From Macrostomum lignano (lineage: Eukaryota): DNA of 64,000 bases. A program made the translations under genes and the position numbers. This document shows, piece by piece, positions 52,041 to 64,000 of the stretch (its first letter is position 1; each line of letters opens with the position of its first letter). Under the pieces are notes generated by a model that saw nothing but the letters and a program-made list of their open reading frames with translations, searched no databases and was not told where the DNA came from. The DNA is taken from NCBI GenBank assembly GCA_002269645.1, contig NIVC01000460.1, positions 434,001 to 498,000 on the forward strand, in the 5' to 3' direction.

Positions 52041-54480
52041 GGTTTATTCAACTAAACGAGGCCTAAAATATTTTAAATTTAATTTTTTAAATAAAGATAT
52101 TGAACTAGCAATTGGATTTGATTTACTTTCTAATAAAAACTTGCCATTATTTTCTTTTCAACTAAGTCAAAATTGTTGAACTGGAACAAACAAGGCAATG
52201 CTGCTATGCTAATAATAGTGATAGAAGTAGATTTGTCTATTATCAATATTTAAGATTCCTAATTCAAGGGAACAATTTTTAATTTTTCAACACTCAAATT
52301 CTTTTAAGAAGAGCGAACTATGTAGATAGCGATATGAGATTCTGTTAGACCCTAATCTACAAAAACTAGATATAGTAAGACTATAATATTGTATGGGCTG
52401 GTATAGCCAGCTAGCTAGCCTGCCCTAATGTAACTGACTGTGTTAGTAATAAAGTGTCCTCACATCAAGGAATAAAGTTTAAAGGTATTTTTGCATGAAA
52501 ATCATTTACAACGCCTGTGATTTTTTACTACACTTAGCCTAAAACCGTAGTTTAACGAGTTAAGTATCTGCAAAGTTTTCAGAAAATTATGAAACCTCTA
52601 CCGTCAGCAAAATTTAAACACGGTATCCTTAATTTAAAGGAAGGTTAACAATAAAACTAATTTTATCTTACATAAAAAAACACCGTCAGAAAATTTATAT
52701 TGCCATTAGCAACATTTTTTGTCTGTTAGATTTTTAATATGAAAGTTCAATAATATACGAAACGAGTCTCTAACTTCCATTTCCGCATCTTCGTTAAATG
52801 AAATCATCAAAACGACAGCTAAATACGGAGCCCATTTCCAAAGTTGCCATCATTTTATTATGTATTTTAAATTTTGGTTTTCAATATGAATCGCCTAAAT
52901 AATGTTAATAAGAATATTTGAGACTTGGATTATGTAAAATCGTCGGCACTGTGACACTCAGATCTTTTCTACACCCTCACACGATCAACAACAGTCAAAA
53001 TTGCAACCCTACTAGACCCAGTGCGCAGTACCGAGAGTTGGAAAACATGGCGTCATTGCAGTGTCAGGGTTGGCAGTCTCAGGGATTCTCAGAGTGGCAG
53101 TGCAGTTTTGACTGCAGATAATTAAAGCTGATCGAGGAGTGTCATATTACAGCATTGAATTGGTCAGCTATGAGCTGTTAAGGACGGCATGCAACTTAAG
53201 TAGTCAGTTCCTACATGTATGAGCTTACTGAAACCTGGGTACTTTTCGGATCAGTATATGCTTGCACATACCGTACATACTACTAGCCGTTCATATACCG
53301 GCCTTACTTTTAGACAATAAGATCCAGAGCTGAGAAAGTGCTTTTCTCACATGCCTTGTCGTGGCTAAAAAGGATTTGAAGAATTAGGAAACGGAGGGAA
53401 GACAAAAATGATTCAAATTTTAACTGCTGATTTGAAATTTTACTTTAATAACCGCTAAACTTCTTTCTGTATGTGTGTATTCGCTAATCAGTAATCAGAT
53501 ACAAACGGACATCGAAGACAGAGTTCATGATCATTAAAAAGCTTCCTCAGAAGTAATCATTCAAAGCTTAAGTTAAAATCAAAGCAAGTGCAATAAATTT
53601 ATATCATAAATATACAATTTGTTTCATATTACGATGCTGCAGCTATAGAAGCAAGTGGGATTATTCAAAACAGCAGTAGTGAATCCCCGGTACCGTTAAT
53701 TGTACATGCCTATGGCTATAGCAAGCATTTATTGAGATGCACTTCTTAAAACGTCAATTTACGCAGCAGCACATATCAATTTATTGACAATGCAAGAATT
53801 ATAATAATTGAATGGTTGCAGCGAATAGAAAAACAACGGATGTAGTTTATGCGGGATCAGCTGTTCCTGTAGTATTTTGGATTACTACACATGTACTTTA
53901 ATAATTTAGATTCCGAACTAGTGGAATGGATTTCAGGTGCAGATAAAAAGTACTATACCACATTAAAGACACGCGAAAACAGTCACAGCTGTATGCTAAA
54001 ACAAATTAACGCAAGTTACAACATTCAATAAATGAAAAAATGGACAGAATTGGAAAGAATTTTCCAAAAGTTAGGCAGAATTTTCGTCCGGCTCATTAAA
54101 TAACTAACTGATTTCGATTTGTCGAGATTCGATCGACCCAGTCGCAGCTGCATGAGGGGCTTTTGACAGATACAATTGTCAAAACGCAAAACAATAAATA
54201 GTAGGGATGATCTCTTTTTTTACAAAAAATGGTTGAACACTTGAACTAAAAATCCAATTAGCAGTTTTTCGAGAGTTTAAAATCTGCAAAGTAGCGCAGT
54301 TGCCATATCGAAACAGTATTTCTGACTTTTGCTTTGGGCCATATAGCTGTGTTTATAAACTCATTCAGATTTGCAGAACCCAAAACACAGACACCCAAAT
54401 TAGCCAACACCTTCCAATAACGATCCTTCGAGGGCTTGACTTTAACAAAACGAGATAAACAGTTCAGTTTACCGGCCGAA

Positions 54481-55173
54481 TCAAATGTCCGAGGACTGGC
54501 CGAGCCTCGGCTTCGTGCTCACCGGCGGCGGCAGCGGATGTCGCTGGTGCTGATAATTTTCCTGATAGGCTGGCGGCGGCAGTCCCTGGGTGCGGTTGAT
54601 CGACGACTGCGAGTGGGCCGGCTTGATGCCCGCGGCCAGCTGGTCGCTGCTGCCGGCTCTGTACATGTTGGCGGCCGCGGCCACCGACGACATCTGGCCG
54701 TGCGGATTGTTGCTGGCGCCGCGCTGCTGGAACTGAGGCTGGCCGGTCTGGTGCTGCGACATGTACTGAGCCTGCGCCTGCGACATGTGCTGCGGCATCG
54801 TTGCGCCGCCGCCGCCACCGCCTTCGTAGCTACTTGGCGGAGCGGACGAGAAGATCTGCGTGTTGCGCATCACCTGACCGGCAGCGCTTGGCGGCGGCAG
54901 GTAGCCGAATCCCTGCTGCGGTTCGTCTGTGCGGTCCAGGCCTTTGCACAGGATCTTGATCTGCATGGCGAGTGGGTAGGCCGCAACAGCCAGACCGATT
55001 AGAACGAAAATCACGCCAAACACCATGAACAGATCGTAATTGGTGCCATCGAATCCGTACGTCCGACCGAAGACAAGAATTAGAAAGCCTAACAAAAATA
55101 TGAGGCCGCCAACTCCCAGCAAAGTGTAGAGTTTGCGATACTTGACCACTTCATCCTGCTCCAGGTAGCCCAT
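54481..55173 (-). CDS. Intronless two-transmembrane protein with a Pro/Gln/Gly-rich tail and PPxY motif
   Basis: 230-aa ORF with good start context (gccatcATGg), two hydrophobic stretches (LYTLLGVGGLIFLLGFLILVF; LFMVFGVIFVLIGLAVAAYPLAM) and LPPPAYQE. Confidence 0.75.
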   Translation of the reverse strand: MGYLEQDEVVKYRKLYTLLGVGGLIFLLGFLILVFGRTYGFDGTNYDLFMVFGVIFVLIGLAVAAYPLAMQIKILCKGLDRTDEPQQGFGYLPPPSAAGQVMRNTQIFSSAPPSSYEGGGGGGATMPQHMSQAQAQYMSQHQTGQPQFQQRGASNNPHGQMSSVAAAANMYRAGSSDQLAAGIKPAHSQSSINRTQGLPPPAYQENYQHQRHPLPPPVSTKPRLGQSSDI

Positions 55174-56054
55174 GATGGCGGTTCAGGCGATCTCAAACAA
55201 AACAAAAACAAGATTTTTCTGTTTCTTGTCTCAGTGCTACTTGCAAAGGGTAAAATAGTCAGCATGAACTGAGGTTGGTTAAATAGCTTCCTACTTCGCA
55301 GTGCTTGTGCTGCCTGAGCGTCGTCAGTCTGAGTCAGCCCTTCTCACCGCTCATCAACCCCAACCCGATCTGACCTCGAGAGAGAGAGAGACGAGTATAG
55401 CTTGTGCCGCTGCGAGTACAGCGCCAGTGTACCTTTTCCATTCTCTTACCTTCCTCCCTTATTTTATTTCTTCATGTCTGGCCAACGCTCAGAGTGAGCC
55501 AGTGTACATATAGTTCACCCTCCCTTTGCCCGCGCTCCACAGTGAGAACCGGCTCACATTGGCCGCCATGAAATATGGCGAGGCTACGCAAGACAGGGCG
55601 TTTACTCGGGGTGGGGGGAGAGAGAGTATGGGTAGATGGGATAGCAATCTTCGCTCCACACCCTGACGACTGCCGCGTACACTCTTGCATTAAGTCAATG
55701 AAAGGAATGCTAACTAATACAGATCCATTAACACGAGTACAGAATGGCAAGCATGCGTCTTGTACTCAACACAGTGAAATGCGAATTTATTTAGGTCAAT
55801 GCCTTAATCCCTTGGTTCATTTTAAATTAACCACTGGCCCAATATAATTTTAATACGAGTCTTTGTGACCATGGACGACTTGTACGCAGCCCAAATTGTA
55901 GTATTCTCAAAGCACTCCATATTGCACCCCGTAAAGTACCTTCTAACGGTGTCCTGCCGTCGCCTGTCGCCTCAAATAATGCTCCCCGAAATGGCTCCAA
56001 CAACATCCCAAACAGCGTCTACAAACAGTAACTCAAACAGCACCTCAAACATGC

Positions 56055-57225
56055 AGTGTCTCAGACACCACTTCAAACAGCACCTCAAACAGTGCCATCC
56101 CCAACAGCACCTCAAACAGTGCCATCCCCAACAGCACCTCAAACAGTGCCATCCCCAACAGCACCTCAAACAGTGCCATCCCCAACAGCACCTCAAACAG
56201 TGCCATCCCCAACAGCACCTCAAACAGTACCATCCCAAACAGCACCTCAAACAGTGCCATCCCAAACAGCACCTCAAACAGTGCCATCCCCAACAGCACC
56301 TCAAACAGTACCATCCCAAACAGCACCTCAAACAGTGCCATCCCAAACAGCACCTCAAACAGTGCCATCCCAAACAGCACCTCAAACAGTGCCATCCCCA
56401 ACAGCACCTCAAACAGTGCCATCCCAAACAGCACCTCAAACAGTGCCATCCCAAACAGCACCTCAAACAGTGCCATCCCAAACAGCACCTCAAACAGTGC
56501 CATCCCAAACAGCACCTCAAACAGTGCCATCCCAAACAGCACCTCAAACAGTGCCATCCCAAACAGCACCTCAAACAGTGCCATCCCCAACAGCACCTCA
56601 AACAGTACCATCCCAAACAGCACCTCAAACAGTGCCATCCCAAACAGCACCTCAAACAGTACCATCCCAAACAGCACCTCAAACAGTGCCATCCCAAACA
56701 GCACCTCAAACAGTGCCATCCCCAACAGCACCTCAAACAGTGCCATCCCAAACAGCACCTCAAACAGTGCCATCCCCAACAGCACCTCAAACAGTACCAT
56801 CCCAAACAGCACCTCAAACAGTACCATCCCAAACAGCACCTCAAACAGTACCATCCCAAACAGCACCTCAAACAGTGCCATCCCAAACAGCACCTCAAAC
56901 AGTGCCATCCCCAACAGCACCTCAAACAGTACCATCCCAAACAGCACCTCAAACAGTACCATCCCAAACAGCACCTCAAACAGTGCCATCCCCAACAGCA
57001 CCTCAAACAGTACCATCCCAAACAGCACCTCAAACAGTGCCATCCCAAACAGCACCTCAAACAGTGCCATCCCCAACAGCACCTCAAACAGTACCATCCC
57101 AAACAGCACCTCAAACAGTGCCATCCCAAACAGCACCTCAAACAGTGCCATCCCAAACAGCACCTCAAACAGCGCCATCCCAAACAACACCACAAACAGC
57201 GCCCCCAACAGCACCGCAAACAGCG
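56055..57225. repeat. 27-bp minisatellite (cacctcaaacagtgccatcccaaacag)n
   Basis: ~43 copies; several frames are open because the unit lacks stops. Confidence 0.97.
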
Positions 57226-57898
57226 TCCTAAGCAGCAGCGTTGTTAGATTTTCTAACCTGCCTACTATTGTGGGCTGTGTTCCATTTCCATGCGATAGCG
57301 TGTGAGACACCCAAATAATGCCATGAAGTTTTGGTGCGGCACCAAGTACAGGCTGCTGGCAAGCATCACAGACGTACTGGGACTATGCGAAGACTGCCAT
57401 CGATGCGGCACCGGAACTTAGTCATCTTTTGTAGCCATCGCGCTAACCAGCTGGATGAGCTGCGTCATATTCGAGGAATTCGGACCCTAGAGACGGTCTC
57501 GTAAAGTACTGAGATGGGAGCCCGGCGCTGCAAGGCAGCGAGAAACAGTAATAGAATGGATGTGGCCAACTGCAACATCAATTTAAATTGACACCCGCGG
57601 CCTGTGAAGCAGCAATTCCCGTCAAAGAAAGCATGCAGGCGGACTGAAGGAACGCAGGCGAACGGCTCGAGATTGTGAGCATTCTATGCACCTAAATATT
57701 CTAATGTTGTTCGTAGTCCTATTTGTACGTGCTTGCGTATGGGGGGTTGTTTGCAACGTGCGGCTGCGCCCGTGTGTGTGCAACACCCAAACCCCACCTC
57801 AATCTTCGGCTTATAAAATATATCGATTGTCAGGCCTGAGCGCCAAGTCGGTTTTTCTCGCAATCTCAAACCTCGCTCGTTTTACACTGGTGGCAGCG

Positions 57899-58735
57899 AT
57901 GGACTCAACTCACACAAGTGAAAATAATGCTGCTTTGCTACCGCCGAAATTCTCCGGCCAGTCAAACGTGCACAAATGACTCAGTGTCTTCGAAGACTTT
58001 GTAGAGGACAAAGGCTGGGACGACGCACAGTCTGCTTCGAAGCTGAAGCTCCTGCTGCATGGTGAAGCCCAGATATGCGTTTGGGATCTGCTGGAGGCTG
58101 ATAGGAAAAGCTACAAAAAGATAAAAGAGGTGCTACAAAAGCAGTTCGGCGGAGCAGCCAGCCAGCATCGCGCCATGGAAGAGTTCCAAGATCGACGGAG
58201 AAACAGCGCAGAGACCCTGCGAGAGCTTTCGTACTCCTTGAGGCTGCTGTACATGACAGCACGGCCTGATGACTCCTCGGCGCTGCGAGATCGTGAGGTG
58301 AAATTTCGAAAAATTCAGCTAATGACTGCGGACATACGCGACACCCTGCTCAAGGACAGGGACCTGGACTCCTGCACGCTGGAGGAGCTGGTCGAGCGGG
58401 CCACGAGGCTGGAGCAAATCGCGAGCAAATGCAAACCAGGCAACTCGCCCGCAGTGGCGATGGTTGACGATCGACTGGCACGGCTGGAGCAGCAGCTGGA
58501 GACCCTGACGGCTGCGGTGACGAGGGGCGGCAGCGCGAGAGGACGCGGTGGCGGCAGGCCGAGAGATCAGCAGCAGCGGTCATCAGGCTGCTTTCGGTGC
58601 GGTAAGGAAGGCCACATCGCCCGCCGGTGCCCTGCTGGCGGATCTCAGGGCCAAGGTCGCTGCTTCAACTGCTCCGGCTGGGGCCACAGCGCGGCTGTCT
58701 GTCCGTCAAAGGCTTGGCCGTCGGGAAACTTCTGA
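57899..58735 (+). pseudogene. gag: Gypsy gag with two CCHC zinc knuckles, one in-frame stop
   Basis: MDSTH..PKFSG..HK*LSVFEDF..; CFRCGKEGHIARRC and CFNCSGWGHSAAVC; TGA at 57977. Confidence 0.9.
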
Positions 58736-61700
58736 GGATTGGCAGCGAAGGGCCAGCTCCAACCCGTCAATCAAGTGCCCAATCTGCACTCTCAATATTC
58801 GTGCGTGCGCCTCTGCAAGGCAATGAGGTCAGTTTCCTGCTCGACACTGGCGCACAGACATCCTTGATCAGCCGCAGCCTCGCGCAAGTCTGCGGCCTTC
58901 AGATCGAGCCCGGTGGAAGCTGCTGCCCGACTTCGGTCGATGGTGGCCGCCTGAGTTGCATCGGGATTGCCCGAGCCACAATTCAAGTCGGCCAGTCAGT
59001 CAAGGTTGTCCATGAGCTCAACGTGGTGGAGAACATCAGTCTGGATCTCATCCTCGGCATGGACTTCATCACCCGAACCACCCGAGAGCTTCAGATCGAC
59101 ATCGTTGGTAGGACCGTATGCCTCAACGGAGAGAAAGTCCCGTTCTTCAACAGCAGCTCAAGCGTCCGAATGGTGACCGGCACCCTCGTTGCTCGAGTGG
59201 AAAGCAAAACAAGTGTTCCAGCACGAAGCGAAAAGCTGGTGTGGCTCCGCGTCAAGTCGGAAGACGAGCAAGGCATCTTCGAGCCCGACGCCAACTTTAC
59301 CCAAGCGACTGGTTTGCTTGTCTCGAGAGTTTTGACCGTTTCAGCTGATCAGAAGATTCCAGTCCGGGTGTGCAATTTAGGCTCCGAGGAGGTGCTACTC
59401 TACGCCAACAAGGCCGTCGGCTCTTTTGAAGCTGCCGACCTGATCAACAACAGCGCTGGCACAGTCAAGCAGACGGACTGCTGGGATGTCAACCCTGACT
59501 TGGATGCGGCTGACAGGCAGAGACTACTGGCACTACTCAAGGCGAACGGTGACCTGTTCAGCACTCACGAGTACGACCTCGGCTCCACCGCGCTGCTGAA
59601 ACATCGTATCGAGCTGCAGCCCGGCACGCAGCCCTACAAGCAGCGCCAGCGACCGATTCCGCTGCCGGTTCGTGACCAGGTCGACCAGAAAATTGGCCAG
59701 ATGCTGGAGCACGACATCATTGAGCCGTCCAACTCGCCCTGGGCCAGCAATCTTATCGTCGTCCGGAAAAAGAGCGGCGACATCTGCCTATGCACCGACT
59801 GGCGTCAGTTGAACTCTGTGACCATCAAGGAAGCCTACCCCCTGCCGCACCTGCAACAATCGATGGATGCTCTGGCGGGCTGCTCTTGGTTTACCACCAT
59901 CGACTGAAAGCAGGGGTTCAACCAGATCGTGGTCGACGAGGCAGACCGCTACAAGACTGCTTTCTATTCCACACGAGGCCTTATGCAGTTCAAGAAGATG
60001 GGCTTCGGTATGTGCAACTCTCCTGCGACCTTCCAGAGGCTAATGGAGCTCGTTATGTCCGGCCTGACCTGGGAAGAGGTGCTAGTCTACGTGGACGACT
60101 TGATCGTGTTCAGTCGGAGCTTCGAAGAGCATCTGGCCAGCCTGCGCAAAGTTTTCGACCGGCTGCGAGCTGCGGGACTGAAGCTCAACAAGGACAAGTC
60201 GGTGTTCGCTCACAGGAGCGTGAAGTACCTGGGCCACATCGTCAGCCGGGAAGGAATTCGGCCGGATCCGGACAAAGTGGAGGCCCTGGCCAAGATTCAG
60301 TCACCAAGTTCTGCCGAGGAGGTGCGACGATTCATCGGCATGTTGTGCTTCTATCGCAGATTCATCAGGGACTTCAGCAAGACAGCGGCACCACTGCATG
60401 CCGCAACACAGAAGACGGGCTTCACCTGGACAGACGAGTGCGAGACGGCCTTCCAGACGCTCAAGGAGCAACTTGTTTGGAGTCTCAAGCACTTCAGAGC
60501 CTACCTGTGCAGCGTGAAAAACTTCACTGTGTTTACCGATCACCAGCCGCTCAAGGGCCTGCTGCAGACCAAGGAGCCAGAGGGTCGGCTGGCACGTTGG
60601 CTCGACACCATCCAGCAGTTCAATCAAGGACTTCTAGACTAACAGGACGTAAAACTCAAAGATCGTGCAATTTTTTGGAGGCCACGATTTCCTGGAAAAA
60701 ATACACTGCGAAGATAGGAAAAAATCAGTTTTTCGTCACAAAATCTGTGATTGTATTTGATCTGGGGCAGTGAAGACTACCATTCTTTTAATTTAACATG
60801 CACAATATGTTACTCTATTATATTTTCATATAGCTGTGTAGTGAAGTTTTCATTTTCATATTGTTTTCACTTTATTTCATAAGCCCAAAGTTGCAAACTC
60901 ACAAGTGGCATTAGCCAAATATCAAATTCAAGAAAAGAAAAGCTATTCAAATTTGTGATATAATAATATTTTTAGCCTTTAAAATAAAAGTTATAAAAGG
61001 ACTAATCAATGTTTTTTCTTATAGATACCTAGTAAAAATGGTTAGGGCCTATTTTTGTGATTAAGTCTATTCTTCTTAAATCTTAGTCCTAAATATAGGC
61101 TTGGCTTAAAAACTGATAATACAGCTTTCTCAAGCCTAGGTAACCAACCATATGAAACTATTTATTGGTAATCTATATATAATAAAAAAATCTAAATATA
61201 CTAATCTCTAAGTCATTGTCTAAATTGAATTACTTATTAGGCTAGATAGTGTAGTGATAGGTCTAGTTCTAGTTGGCCTAGGAATTAGTATAGTTACTAA
61301 ACCTACAATAATAGCTTAAGACTAAGAGTACCTACATGCAATGTTTTTATACTTTATTTTAAAAAGAACAACACAAAAAGTTTGGCTAATGCCATTTGTG
61401 AGTTTGCAACTTTGGGCTTATGAAATAAAGTGAAAACAATATGAAAATGAAAACTTCACTACACAGCTATATGAAAATATAATAGAGTAACATATTGTGC
61501 ATGTTAAATTAAAAGAATGGTAGTCTTCACTGCCCCAGATCAAATACAATCACAGATTTTGTGACGAAAAACTGATTTTTTCCTATCTTCGCAGTGTATT
61601 TTTTCCAGGAAATCGTGGCCTCCAAAAAATTGCACGATCTTTGAGTTTTACGTCCTGTTAGTCTAGAAGTCCTTGAGTTCAATTTCGCGCTCTGCTATCG

Positions 61701-62425
61701 GCCAGGGCGGGAGAACGTGGTGCCAAACGAGCTCAGTCGGACGGCTGTCACCCAACTGGCAAATCGCGATGACTACCTGGCAGAGCAGCTCCGAGACAGC
61801 CTTCTGCAGAATGTCTTCAAGGCCAATCGACTCCAAGCTGCCCAAAGCATCGGATGGCTTCACTGATGCGCTGGACTTTGCAGAGGCAACTCAGAGGCGC
61901 CTGCTGGACAGCCGGGCGCGTGTCCATCAGCAGCTGCAGGCGTCGCAGACCGAGCGCAACGAGCGGTACAACATGGAGACTCGGTTCCGGCCGTACAAAG
62001 AGGGCGACTTGGTGATGCTGAGCTGCAAGGTGGTGAAACCTGGCAGATCAAAAAGCCTCAGTAACCGCTGGACCAGGCCGTACATCATCCTGAAGAGGCT
62101 CGGCGAGGTCAACTACCGAGTGCGGCCGGCCTCGGGTCCCGGCGTGCGGATGCGACGCAGGCAGGTGGTGCACCACGACCGGCTCAAACCATTTGTGGAA
62201 CGGCGCAACTCCTTACGGCCCGGCGACGACCTGCAGGCTACCGCAGACGAGACTGCTGACGGACTGGTGGACCCTCAGCTCCAGGCGCCTGATGCCTGGG
62301 TGCAGCTGTTCGACGGTAACGGCGGACCGGATGAGACAGTGACCGAGACCAATCAGCAAGAGGCTCAGCTGCCGAGACGGTCGGCCAGAGAGCGAAGACC
62401 TCCTGATTTTTATCGCCCAATGTGA
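58723..62425 (+). pseudogene. pol: Gypsy pol (protease, RT, partial RNase H, integrase C-terminus only)
   Basis: FLLDTGA; CTDWRQLN, TTID*KQGFNQI (stop at 59905), YVDDLIVFS; RNase H N-half deleted near 60475; MITE insertion at 60625; integrase HHCC and DDE core absent; C-terminal NRWTRPY module present. Confidence 0.92.
60625..61675. mobile_element. Non-autonomous hAT-type DNA transposon (MITE/foldback) nested in gypsy pol
   Basis: CAAGG..CCTTG termini, near-perfect ~295-bp TIRs (60625-60919 / 61381-61675), 8-bp TSD AGTTCAAT (60617-60624, 61676-61683), AT-rich non-coding core. Confidence 0.92.
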
Positions 62426-64000
62426 ATGCTTGATTTTCTGTGAACTTTTGCCATAGACATTGTGTTGCGTCTTTTAAACCCGGGGGAAGTGGTGTGAGCA
62501 TTTTATGCACCTAAATATTCTAATGTTGTTCGTAGTCCTATTTGTACGTGCTTGCGTATGGGGGGTAGTTGTTTGCAACGTGCGGCTGCGCCCGTGTTTG
62601 TGCAACACCCAAACCCCACCTCAATCTTCGGCTTATAAAATATATCGATTGTCAGGCCTGAGCGCCAAGTCGGTTTTTCTCGCAATCTCAAACCTCGCTC
62701 TTTTTACAAGATACATGTACTGTGGTGTGTAAGGTGTGTAAGCAGTTTCAGTCGAATTAGGCGCCGCGCTTGAGCCCAAATAATAATTAAAGCTCTGAGA
62801 CTGACGAAATTCTCCCTTTTGCAGCCTTGAGGTTTTCATTGGTAAGTCGATCTTCGAATTTTTCTCCAGCTATTCTGGCTGGCCGTGCCGATCGAGTATT
62901 TTTAAACAGTACGTCATGTAGCCATGGAATTCACGGACTATATACGAGCTACTTACATGTAGTAGCTAGACCAGACGAAGGTGGTAAATAATACGAACCC
63001 ATGGTTAAACTATGGTTTGCTAGACTTTTAGCTATGTCTTAGGAATAGTCCTCAGCTCAATAACTCAAGATCTTTAGTCCTGCATGCATGAACCCAACGG
63101 TCCCCACCGTCCCTTTTGACCAGCCCCATATGAAGCCATGCAGCATTTTGGGATCAATTTTATGACATTAACTGCATGGTTAGCGATCGGAGTCAGTTTG
63201 ATACAAAGTTTTGGAGGGTTTTTGTCTATATTGGGCGTGCTCCAGAAGATACTTGTTTAATTTCGTGTCAATTTGTCGCATGTTAAATGAAGCAGAGCCG
63301 GATTTAATTGCACTTGCATTTAATTGCCATATTGTATTCCAAATTACATGTAGATGTATAAAAGTGGGATCTGACAGCGAAACAACGGATCTAAATCGAC
63401 CCACTTCAAATTTTATTCAAAGGTTTTTTCTAGGTAGATAAGTAGGTAAGTATGTGTGTGATCGATTTTTTTAGAAAATCGATATTCATGAAACTTTTTA
63501 GACTACAAAATATAATTTGACATTCTATAACCGCGCACGCTCGCATGAAATCAAACCCTAGATATCATACTTTAGCGGTGTGAAAGACGTGTTAATGCCT
63601 GAGCTAACTTTTTGGCTACACACGTAACAGTACTAACAGTAGTATTTGTTACCTGCCTAACATTTTTATCGGTCCTGTCCGTTATTTTTAGGCCCAGTAA
63701 AACAAAAACTATGCATAAGATGCTTGCTTGTAAAAAACAAAACAGAAAATATAGCTAAAAGCCTTTTTAATTACCTTTAAAATTGATTTACTTAAATTAT
63801 GTAAATCAATAAACTATATTTTCTGTTTTCATAAGTGTTTCAAGCAAATTTCGAAGCTTACTATTCAAAGAATTATCCAAGATATATAATATATCCAAGC
63901 TTTCGACATATTGATTGGATTCTATAATATATATTCTAGATTGATATATTATATATAATCTGCTCATATTTTCTATAGCTAATCTTAATTTACTCCTAAA

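Larger units (their letters stand above)
57674..62708 (+). mobile_element. Ty3/Gypsy LTR retrotransposon, internally deleted
   Basis: TG..CA LTRs at 57674-57886 and 62493-62708 (3 substitutions + one 3-bp indel). 4-bp TSD AGAT. PBS TGGTGGCAGCG (tRNA-Leu-like) at 57888. PPT gggggaagtgg at 62482-62492. Order gag-PR-RT-RH-IN. Confidence 0.96.

Noticed and set aside
55865-57310. Long ORFs on both strands (QHLKQCHPK, TAPQTVPSQ, CCLGWHCL repeats) as mucin or Cys-rich proteins
   Set aside because: They result from a stop-free 27-bp unit; there is no signal peptide, splice context or unique coding flank.

Overview
Repeat-rich animal genomic DNA. GC-rich exons, GT-AG introns and many long minisatellites suggest an invertebrate such as a Macrostomum-like flatworm (inference only). 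The left half holds a multi-exon unc-13/Munc13 gene (+; ~1409-29211) with C1, C2B, MUN and C2C domains. It has a tandem-duplicated, probably mutually exclusive C2B exon pair and a MUN microexon. Its 10.7-kb intron (9876-20583) contains a 10.2-kb Maverick/Polinton (10022-20250) with AGTAGT termini, ~346-bp TIRs and a 6-bp TSD GCCCTT. The element carries decayed pPolB, integrase, major capsid protein and packaging ATPase, plus an open protease ORF. Its right arm carries an uninterrupted, intronless TATA-binding-protein-like gene facing a disrupted gene with two PC4-like domains, each with its own ATTGG+TATA promoter. This candidate element-borne transcription-initiation module is the most interesting signal in the window. 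The right half holds an ERICH2-like gene (-), a ZIP13/SLC39A13 zinc transporter (-) and an intronless 2-TM PPxY protein (-). It also holds a young but internally deleted Ty3/Gypsy element (57674-62708, TSD AGAT) with a nested hAT-type MITE (8-bp TSD), and many tandem arrays. All calls come from manual reading and recalled family motifs; no searches were run.
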